A DNA stretch of 64,000 nt from positions 5,146,001-5,210,000 of the forward strand of contig OZ210884.1 of assembly GCA_964658305.1 (NCBI GenBank), in the 5' to 3' direction. A program made the position numbers and the translations under genes. The stretch comes from Leptogorgia sarmentosa (taxonomy: Eukaryota). The notes under the pieces are model-generated. The model ran no database searches. It was given only the letters and a program-made list of their open reading frames with translations, and was not told the origin of the DNA. This document shows positions 27,501 through 39,500 of this stretch, piece by piece (position 1 is the first letter of the stretch; the number at the start of each line of letters is the position of its first letter).

Positions 27501-30500
27501 GTTTCTTTGTTCAAAAATTATTTGGCTACCTTGGCAATCAAATCCATCTCCAGTCCAACCTGTTTTACAAGTGCATGAATACGACCCTTCAGTTTCGTTG
27601 CACGTTGCCTGCTCATGACAGTTATGAACCCCATCTTGGCATTCCATTCCATCTAATTTGAAATTCAACATTTTGTTTTGTTAAAAAAATGAATAAAAAG
27701 TTCGCTCGTAAATGCACAATAGATTATAATTTAAAACATTACAAAAAAACATTTTTTGGCGAAATTTAAAAGAGTACTTTAGTGTGAATGTTGCATTATT
27801 CATGGCATGTTTCAACGGCCGTAATTCGTCGAATGCGCCAGTATTGGTACAATTAAACTTAGTCATTGAAAATGCATCCACAATATTGTTGTTTTACTTC
27901 ATCCTTGTGCTGTGCCATTTCATTGGACATAGCTATGGTTAATTCATTGCGCACGTCGTTAAAATTACATTGAAAGTCGTTGTTCTCCATGATAAGGATA
28001 CCACACGCTGCATAGTTTCGGTATTGAAATTATGAAAAACGTTCTTTTAATTGAATTAAATGAAAAACTTCAATAAACTTTAGTGTCATTTAGTCATAGA
28101 AAAGATTGGATCGAAGTACGATGAACATGCACATATACCTTGACAATTAAATCCATCTCCAGTCCAACCTGGATTACAAGCACATGAATATGACCCTTGA
28201 GAATTGGTGCAATTTGCCTGTTCATGACAGGTATCAATATCGAGGTCGCATTCGTTAATATCTGAAGCAAAAATAATCGAATTAGTTTTACAAGAACATT
28301 GGAGATGTTATCTGATTTATGTCCCCAACAAACCACTACCTGCAAGCTACAAGCTTCAACTTGTGTATTAAAGTATGTTCTACACGTTTCTGACAGTAAA
28401 GTGGATTATTCAGGGTTACGTTTTTATTTAATAATCTCCCCAGCTTCGGATATCAAGCTGCTGATCTCAATAAGCGAATTGAAATTTCTCTTTTTGCGGT
28501 TAGCCGTATGCCGTAAACATCAATCTTGAAATGGCTAATAGTGTTAATTTACGTCATAGAAATGTCTCAAATTTATTTTATTGATTTCAATTTTTTTTTA
28601 AGAAATAATTTCTAATGTATTTGGAAAAAAATAATTCGTGAAGGTTGTAAGATGAATAAAATCGTTACTTCAAAAGGTTTTTATCTACATACCTCCACAA
28701 CTAAATCCATCCCCTGTCCACCCTGAGTCACAAGTACATGAATAAGAGCCTGGAGTATTGCTGCAATTCGCTTGCTCATGACACTTATGGACTCGATAAA
28801 CTGGCTTGGCTCTTCGTTTCCATCTGATGATGGTGTCTCCGCATTCGTCAATATCTGACCAAAAAATCATTATGGTTTTAAACAATATATCCTTTAATCA
28901 GTTAAGGAAACTTTTATGTGTAGGTATTGTATTAACGAATTGCAAACCTTGACATCTAAATCCATTTCCAGTCCAACCAGCCTTGCATTCACACGAATAC
29001 GACCCAGGCGAATTGGTGCAAGTTGCCTGTTCATGACAGGTATCAACATCGAGGTCGCATTCGTTAATATCTGCAGAATGAAATAAAATATGTGGTGTTG
29101 TACTAATATGACTGCAGCTAGGTGAATAAAAGTATTTCCTGGAATGTTTTCCATTCTATACCTTGGCAATTAAATCCATCTCCAGTCCAACCTGGATTAC
29201 AAGCACATGAATACGACCCAGGAGAATTGGTGCAAGTTGCCTGTTCATGACAGGGATCAGTATCGAGGTCGCATTCGTTGATATCTGAATAATAAAATAA
29301 ATTTTCTGGTACTGTACTAACATGAGTGCAGTTACGTGAATAAAAATATTTCATGGAATGTTTTGTATTGTATACCTTGGCAATCACTTCCATCTCCAGT
29401 CCAACCTGGATTACAAGCACATGAATACGACCCAGGAGAATTGGAGCAAGTTGCCTTTTGATGACAGGGATCAGGATCAAGGTCGCATTCGTTGATATCT
29501 GAAAAATAAAATAAATATTCTGGTACTGTACTAACATCACTGCAGCTAGGTGAATGAAAATATTTCCTGGAATGTTTTCTATTGTATACCTTGACATCTA
29601 AATCCATCTCCAGTCCAACCTGTATTACAAGCACATGAATACGACCCAGGAGAATTGGTGCAAGTTGCCTGTTCATGACAGGGATCAGGATCGCGGTCGC
29701 ATTCGTTGATATCTGAATTATAAAATTAATTTTCTGGTACTGTACTAACATCACTGCAGCTAGGTGAATGAAAATATTTCCTGGAAAGTTTTCTATTGTA
29801 TACCTTGGCAATCAAATCCATCTCCAGACCAACCCGGATTACAAGCACATGAATACGACCCAGGAGAATTGGTGCAAGTTGCCTGTTCATGACAGGGATC
29901 AGGATCAAGATCGCATTCGTTGATATCTGAATAATAAAATAAATTTTCTCTACTATACTAACATCACTCCAGCTAGGTGAATAAAAATATTTCCTGAAAT
30001 GTTTTCTATTGTATACCTTGGCAACCAAATCCATCTCCAGTCCAACCTGGATTACAAGCACATGAATACGACCCAGGAGAATTGGAGCAAGTTGCCTTTT
30101 GATGACAGGGATCAGGATCAAGGTCGCATTCGTTGATATCTGAAAAATAAAATAAATTTTCTGGTACTGTGCTAACATCACTCCAGCTAGGTGAATGAAA
30201 ATATTTCCTGGAATGTTTTCTGTTGTATACCTTGGCAAGCTAATCCGTCTCCAGTCCAACCTGGATTACAAGCGCATGAATACGACCCAGGAGAATTGGT
30301 GCAAGTTGCCTGTTCATGACAGGGATCAGGATCAAGGTCGCATTCGTTGATATCTGAATAATAAAATAAATATTCTGGTACTGTACTAACATCACTGCAG
30401 CTAGGTGAATGAAAATATTTCCTGGAATGTTTTGTATTGTATACCTTGACATCTAAATCCATCTCCAGTCCAACCTGTATTACAAGCACATGAATACGAC

Positions 30501-33500
30501 CCGGGAGAATTGGTGCAAGTTGCCTGTTCATGACAGGGATCAGTATCGAGGTCGCATTCGTTGACATCTGAATAATAAAATAAATTTTCTGGTACTGTAC
30601 TAACATCACTGCAGCTAGGTGAATGAAAATATTTCCTGGAATATTTTCTATTGTATACCTTGACATCTAAATCCATCTCCAGTCCAACCTGTATTACAAG
30701 CACATGAATACGACCCAGGAGAATTGGTGCAAGTTGCCTGTTCATGACAGGGATCAGGATCAAGATCGCATTCGTTGATATCTGAATAATGAAATAAATT
30801 TTCTCTACAATACTAACATCACTCCAGCTAGGTGAATAAAAATATTTCCTGAAATGTTTTCTATTGTATACCTTGGCAACCAAATCCATCTCCAGTCCAA
30901 CCCGGATTACAAGCACATGAATACGACCCAGGAGAATTGGTGCAAGTTGCCTGTTCATGACAGGTATCAGTATCGAGGTCGCATTCGTTGACATCTGAAT
31001 AATAAAATAAATTTTCTGGTACTGTACTAACATCACTGCAGCTAGGTGAATGAAAATATTTCCTGGAATGTTTTCTATTGTATACCTTGACATCTAAATC
31101 CATCTCCAGTCCAACCTGTATTACAAGCACATGAATACGACCCAGGAGAATTGGTGCAAGTTGCCTGTTCATGACAGGGATCAGTATCGAGGTCGCATTC
31201 GTTGATATCTGCAGAATAAAATAAAAGATGTGGTACTGTACAAAAATTGCTGCGCCTAGGTGAATAAAAATATTTCCTGGAATGTTTTCTATTGTATACC
31301 TTCGCAATCAAATCCATTTCCAATCCAACCTGGATTACAAGCACATGAATATGACCCAGGAGAATTGGTGCAAGTTGCCTGTTCATGACAGGGATCAGTA
31401 TCGAGGTCGCATTCGTTGATATCTGAATAATAAAATAAATTTTCTCTACAATACTAACATCACTGCAGCTAGGTGAATGAAAATATTTCCTGGAATGTTT
31501 TCTATTGTATACCTTGACATCTAAATCCATCTCCAGTCCAACCTGTATTACAAGCACATGAATACGACCCAGGAGAATTGGTGCAAGTTGCCTGTTCATG
31601 ACAGGGATCAGTATCGAGGTCGCATTCGTTGATATCTGCAGAATAAAATAAAAGATGTGGTACTGTACAAAAATTGCTGCAGCTAGGTGAATGAAAATAT
31701 TTCCTGGAATGTTTTCTATTGTATACCTTGACATCTAAATCCATCTCCAGTCCAACCTGTATTACAAGCACATGAATACGACCCAGGAGAATTGGTGCAA
31801 GTTGCCTGTTCATGACAGGGATCAGTATCGAGGTCGCATTCGTTGATATCTGAATAATAAAATAAATTTTCTGGTACTGTACTAACATCACTGCAGCTAG
31901 GTGAATGAAAATATTTCCTGGAATGTTTTCTATTGTATACCTTGACATCTAAATCCATCTCCAGACCAACCCGGATTACAAGCACATGAATACGACCCAG
32001 GAGAATTGGTGCAAGTTGCCTGTTCATGACAGGGATCAGGATCGCGGTCGCATTCGTTGATATCTGCAGAATAAAATAAATTTTCTGTTACTGTACTAAC
32101 ATCGCTGCAGCTAGGTGAATGAAAATATTTCCTGGAATGTTTTCTATTGTATACCTTGGCAATCAAATCCATCTCCAGACCAACCCGGATTACAAGCACA
32201 TGAATACGACCCAGGAGAATTGGTGCAAGTTGCCTGTTCATGACAGGGATCAGGATCAAGATCGCATTCGTTGATATCTGAATAATAAAATAAATTTTCT
32301 CTACTATACTAACATCACTCCAGCTAGGTGAATAAAAATATTTCCTGAAATGTTTTCTATTGTATACCTTGGCAACCAAATCCATCTCCAGACCAACCCG
32401 GATTACAAGCACATGAATACGACCCAGGAGAATTGGTGCAAGTTGCCTGTTCATGACAGGGATCAGGATCAAGATCGCATTCGTTGATATCTGAATAATA
32501 AAATAAATTTTCTCTACTAAACTAACATCACTCCAGCTAGGTGAATAAAAATATTTCCTGAAATGTTTTCTATTGTATACCTTGGCAACCAAGTCCATCT
32601 CCAGTCCAACCTGGATTACAAGCACATGAATACGACCCAGGAGAATTGGTGCAAGTTGCCTGTTCATGACAGGGATCAGTATCGAGGACGCATTCGTTGA
32701 CATCTGAATAATAAAATAAATTTTCTGGTACTGTACTAACATCACTGCAGCTAGGTGAATGAAAATATTTCCTGGAATGTTTTCTATTGTATACCTTGAC
32801 ATCTAAATCCATCTCCAGTCCAACCACCGTTACAAGCACATGAATACGACCCAGGAGAATTGGTGCAAGTTGCCTGTTCATGACAGGGATCAGGATCGCG
32901 GTCGCATTCGTTGACATCTGAATAATAAAATAAATTTTCTGGTACTGTACTAACATCACTGCAGCTAGGTGAATGAAAATATTTCCTGGAATGTTTTCTA
33001 TTGTATACCTTGGCAATCAAATCCATCTCCAGACCAACCCGGATTACAAGCACATGAATACGACCCAGGAGAATTGGTGCAAGTTGCCTGTTCATGACAG
33101 GGATCAGGATCGCGGTCGCATTCGTTGATATCTGCAGAATAAAATAAATTTTCTGGTACTGTACTAACATCGCTGCAGCTAGGTGAATGAAAATATTTCC
33201 TGGAATGTTTTCTATTGTATACCTTGGCAATCAAATCCATCTCCAGACCAACCCGGATTACAAGCACATGAATACGACCCAGGAGAATTGGTGCAAGTTG
33301 CCTGTTCATGACAGGGATCAGGATCAAGATCGCATTCGTTGATCTCTGAATAATAAAATAAATTTTCTCTACTATACTAACATCACTCCAGCTAGGTGAA
33401 TAAAAATATTTCCTGAAATGTTTTCTATTGTATACCTTGGCAACCAAATCCATCTCCAGTCCAACCCGGATTACAAGCACATGAATACGACCCAGGAGAA

Positions 33501-36500
33501 TTGGTGCAAGTTGCCTGTTCATGACAGGGATCAGTATCGAGGTCGCATTCGTTGACATCTGAATAATAAAATAAATTTTCTGGTACTGCACTAACATCAC
33601 TGCAGCTAGGTGAATGAAAATATTTCCTGGAATGTTTTCTATTGTATACCTTGACATCTAAATCCATCTCCAGTCCAACCTGTATTACAAGCACATGAAT
33701 ACGACCCAGGAGAATTGGTGCAAGTTGCCTGTTCATGACAGGGATCAGTATCGAGGTCGCATTCGTTGACATCTGAATAATAAAATAAATTTTCTGGTAC
33801 TGTACTAACATCACTGCAGCTAGTTGAATGAAAATATTTCCTGGAATGTTTTCTATTGTATACCTTGACATCTAAATCCATCTCCAGTCCAACCACCGTT
33901 ACAAGCACATGAATACGACCCAGGAGAATTGGTGCAAGTTGCCTGTTCATGACAGGGATCAGGATCGCGGTCGCATTCGTTGATATCTGAATAATAAAAT
34001 AAATTTTCTGGTACTGTACTAACATCACTGCAGCTAGGTGATTGAAAATATTTCCTGGAATGTTTTCTATTGTATACCTTGACATCTAAATCCATCTCCA
34101 GTCCAACCTGTATTACAAGCACATGAATACGACCCAGGAGAATTGGTGCAAGTTGCCTGTTCATGACAGGGATCAGGATCAAGGTCGCATTCGTTGATAT
34201 CTGAATAATAAAATAAATTTTCTCTACTATACTAACATCACTCGAGCTAGGTGAATAAAAATATTTCCTGGAATGTTTTCTATTGTATACCTTGGCAACC
34301 AAATCCATCTCCAGTCCAACCCGGATTACAAGCACATGAATACGACCCAGGAGAATTGGTGCAAGTTGCCTGTTCATGACAGGGATCAGGATCAAGATCG
34401 CATTCGTTGATATCTGAATAATAAAATAAATTTTCTCTACTATACTAACATCACTCCAGCTAGGTGAATAAAAATATTTCCTGAAATGTTTTCTATTGTA
34501 TACCTTGGCAACCAAATCCATCTCCAGTCCAACCTGGATTACAAGCACATGAATACAACCCAGGAGAATTGGTGCAAGTTGCCTGTTCATGACAGGGATC
34601 AGTATCGAGGACGCATTCGTTGACATCTGAATAATAAAATAAATTTTCTGGTACTGTACTAACATCACTGCAGCTAGGTGAATGAAAATATTTCCTGGAA
34701 TGTTTTCTATTATATACCTTGACATCTAAATCCATCTCCAGTCCAACCACCGTTACAAGCACATGAATACGACCCAGGAGAATTGGTGCAAGTTGCCTGT
34801 TCATGACAGGGATCAGGATCGCGGTCGCATTCGTTGACATCTGAATAATAAAATAAATTTTCTGGTACTGTACTAACATCACTGCAGCTAGGTGAATGAA
34901 AATATTTCCTGGAATGTTTTCTATTGTATACCTTGGCAATCAAATCCATCTCCAGACCAACCCGGATTACAAGCACATGAATACGACCCAGGAGAATTGG
35001 TGCAAGTTGCCTGTTCATGACAGGGATCAGGATCGCGGTCGCATTCGTTGATATCTGCAGAATAAAATAAATTTTCTGGTACTGTACTAACATCGCTGCA
35101 GCTAGGTGATTGAAAATATTTCCTGGAATTTTTTCTATTGTATACCTTGGCAATCAAATCCATCTCCAGACCAACCCGGATTACAAGCACATGAATACGA
35201 CCCAGGAGAATTGGTGCAAGTTGCCTGTTCATGACAGGGATCAGGATCAAGATCGCATTCGTTGATCTCTGAATAATAAAATAAATTTTCTCTACTATAC
35301 TAACATCACTCCAGCTAGGTGAATAAAAATATTTCCTGAAATGTTTTCTATTGTATACCTTGGCAACCAAATCCATCTCCAGTCCAACCCGGATTACAAG
35401 CACATGAATACGACCCAGGAGAATTGGTGCAAGTTGCCTGTTCATGACAGGGATCAGTATCGAGGTCGCATTCGTTGACATCTGAATAATAAAATAAATT
35501 TTCTGGTACTGCACTAACATCACTGCAGCTAGGTGAATGAAAATATTTCCTGGAATGTTTTCTATTGTATACCTTGACATCTAAATCCATCTCCAGTCCA
35601 ACCTGTATTACAAGCACATGAATACGACCCAGGAGAATTGCTGCAAGTTGCCTGTTCATGACAGGGATCAGGATCGCGGTCGCATTCGTTGATATCTGAA
35701 TAATAAAATAAATTTTCTGGTACTGTACTAACATCACTGCAGCTAGGTGAATGAAAATATTTATTGGAATGTTTTCTATTGTATACCTTGACATCTAAAT
35801 CCATCTCCAGTCCAACCTGTATTACAAGCACATGAATACGACCCAGGAGAATTGCTGCAAGTTGCCTGTTCATGACAGGGATCAGGATCGCGGTCGCATT
35901 CGTTGATATCTGAATAATAAAATAAATTTTCTGGTACTGTACTAACATCACTGCAGCTAGGTGAATGAAAATATTTATTGGAATGTTTTCTATTGTATAC
36001 CTTGACATCTAAATCCATCTCCAGTCCAACCACCGTTACAAGCACATGAATACGACCCAGGAGAATTGGTGCAAGTTGCCTGTTCATGACAGGGATCAGG
36101 ATCGCGGTCGCATTCGTTGATATCTGAATAATAAAATAAATTTTCTGGTACTGTACTAACATCACTGCAGCTAGGTGATTGAAAATATTTCCTGGAATGT
36201 TTTCTATTGTATACCTTGACATCTAAATCCATCTCCAGTCCAACCTGTATTACAAGCACATGAATACGACCCAGGAGAATTGGTGCAAGTTGCCTGTTCA
36301 TGACAGGGATCAGGATCAAGGTCGCATTCGTTGATATCTGAATAATAAAATAAATTTTCTCTACTATACTAACATCACTCGAGCTAGGTGAATAAAAATA
36401 TTTCCTGGAATGTTTTCTATTGTATACCTTGGCAACCAAATCCATCTCCAGTCCAACCCGGATTACAAGCACATGAATACGACCCAGGAGAATTGCTGCA

Positions 36501-39500
36501 AGTTGCCTGTTCATGACAGGGATCAGTATCGAGGACGCATTCGTTGACATCTGAATAATAAAATAAATTTTCTGGTACTGTACTAACATCACTGCAGCTA
36601 GGTGAATGAAAATATTTCCTGGAATGTTTTCTATTGTATACCTTGACATCTAAATCCATCTCCAGTCCAACCACCGTTACAAGCACATGAATACGACCCA
36701 GGAGAATTGGTGCAAGTTGCCTGTTCATGACAGGGATCAGGATCGCGGTCGCATTCGTTGATGTCTGAAGCAGAAATAAAATATTTTTAGGTCGAACTGT
36801 AAGTATTCAACTTTTGTACGTTCAAACGTTTTGTTCTTTGTGTCCATAAAATTCTTGGTGTTTGTACATTGTTTATTCCATATCGTTAGTTAGGAATGTT
36901 TTGACAGTTATGGCGAATTGAAAATTAGTCCATAAGATTTTCTCAACTGAAGGCAATAATACAATTGCACGGCGGACCTGTGCAAGTACTGCCGTTCCAT
37001 GTGTATCCGTTGCTACAGAGGCACGTAAATGATCCTTGTGTGTTCCAGCATGTTGCTCCAGAATCACAGTTATGGGTACCACTAGTACATTCGTCAAAAT
37101 CTAAAAAGATTGTAGTTGCTTTTCTATCATATGCTGGATAGTTACTAAGGCAGGACGATTTTAGATTTGCGAAAATAATCACGCTATGGAAACCATTTCA
37201 ATATATATGGACGACGAAATTTGAGGCGCGTTTTTACACCGGCGGTTTTTGCAGCAGTGTTAGATTCGATTTTCTCCGTTTGAACTAGGTTACAGAGTTG
37301 AAGAGTTACAAATGTTCCACTTTATGAAATGTAAAAACAACTTTAATAAGTAATGTGCTCCTTTACTTCGTTGAAATGGAGATCAATCCTATAATCGCAG
37401 CAAAAACCGCCGGTGGTAGTAGCCTAAAGAAATGAATGCCGTATTGTTGTTGGACTGCATTCTCCAAAGATACTATTAGAGCTAGACCAAAATAGGGGAA
37501 TCACATTTTTCAAACAATGATCGTACCGCAATACTAACCTGTACATGTATGGCCATCTCCTGTGTAACCAGGATTACAAGAGCACGTAAATGATCCATTT
37601 GTGTTTGTGCATGTTGCTTCATCATGATTAGAATCGCAGCTATGGCTACCGCTGGTACATTCGTTAATATCTGAGAAATGATTGTAATGTTGCTGACAGA
37701 TACAGTGTAGTAAACAAACTGATTCAAATTTTCGACTGGAAAAGATTTCTCATCACTGTTTGAACAACTTATTTCAAACCAATGATATTTTTATTACATG
37801 GTTGAACATTCTGTTCACATATAGGAATGATACTGTTTTGAGATACTTAGTTCAGGGGTAAGAACGATGAAGATTTAGTTAAACCTCATGGAAATAGAAA
37901 GTTTAGAAACAATAATACCAACCTGTACATGTTTGGCCATCTCCTGTGTAACCAGGGTTGCACGCGCACGTAAATGATCCATGTGTGTTTGTGCATGTTG
38001 CTTCATCTGGATCAGGATCACAGTTATGGCCACCGCTGGTGCATTCGTTAATATCTGGAAAAGGATTAGAATTGCGGTGTTATCACAACAATATGAACAC
38101 GAGAACGCGAGGTTGGATTTGCTCTTCAAAATTCCCCGGAAAAAAAAGTCAATAGGAATATGGAATCTATGTTTTTATAATATTCTCGAAGACCATGATA
38201 CAATAATACCAACCTGTACATGTGTTTCCGTCTCCTGTGTAACCAGGGTTGCACGCGCAGGTAAATGATCCTTGTGTGTTTGTGCATGTTGCTTCGTCTG
38301 GATCAGAATCACAGTCATGGCTACCACTTGTACATTCGTTAATATCTGAAAAAAGATTGTAGTTGTTTGGTTACATGTTGCATCAAACTCAGCAATTCAC
38401 ATTCTTCTTTCGCTAGGATGACTCCTCAATTAGTTGAATATTTAATTTCAAACCAATGATATTTATTTCAACACCAGCTTATGGTATCTGCACGTTTTCG
38501 TATTCTTGAAATATTATACAAAAGCAACAAAAGATGGGATGTAGCAGAACATAACTGCACTATATCGCCCCATGTGAGGTAATCCGGAGGGCATTTGGAA
38601 TCCAGACCGCCCTCCTTGCTTCCGGATAACAGCCTCTGCATTCCAGATCCCCAACCTTGGTTCCGGATAACCATCTCTGAATTCCAGATCCCCAACCTTG
38701 GTTCCGGATAACCATCTCTGGATTCCAGATCCCCAACCTTGGTTCCGGATAACCATCTCTGGATTCCAGATCCCCAACCTTGGTTCCGGATAACCATCTC
38801 TCCATTCCAGATCCCCAACCTTGGTTCCGGATAACCATCTCTGGATTCCAGATCCCCAACCTTGGTTCCGGATAACCGCCTCTGGATTCCAGATCCCCAA
38901 CCTTGGTTCCGGATAACCGCCTCTGGATTCCAGATCCCCAACCTTGGTTCCGGATAACCGCCTCTGGATTCCAGTTCCCCAACCTTGGTTCCGGATAACC
39001 GCCTCTGGATTCCAGATCCCCAACCTTGGTTCCGGATAACCGCCTCTGGATTCCAGATCCCCAACCTTGGTTCCGGATAACCGCCTCTGGATTCCAGATC
39101 CCCAACCATGGTTCCGGATAACCGCCTCTGGATTCCAGATCCCCAACCTTGGTTCCGGATAACCGCCTCTGGATTCCAGATCCCCAACCTTGGTTCCGGA
39201 TAACCGCCTCTGGATTCCAGATCCCCAACCATGGTTCCGGATAACCGCCTCTGGATTCCAGATCCCCAACCTTGGTTCCGGATAACCGCCTCTGGATTCC
39301 AGATCCCCAACCTTGGTTCCGGATAACCGCCTCTGGATTCCTGATCCCCAACCTTGGTTCCAGATAACCGCCTCTGGATTCCAGATCCCCAACCTTGGTT
39401 CCGGATAACCGCCTCTGGATTCCAGATCCCCAACCTTGGTTCCGGATAACCGCCTCTGGATTCCTGATCCCCAACCCTGGTTCCGGACAACCATCTCTGG

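Noticed and set aside
16511..36728. Long ORF-track proteins ([12 protein letters not shown]..., [17 protein letters not shown]...)
   Set aside because: Off-frame read-through of exon+intron repeats; the real frame is the spliced 123-nt EGF exon.
16522..36764. CRISPR-like repeat/spacer appearance
   Set aside because: The repeats are coding exons with splice sites, the 'spacers' are homologous introns, and no cas genes are present.
38468..39494. Three 304-340 aa ORFs
   Set aside because: Artefact of a stop-free 41-bp minisatellite in an intron.
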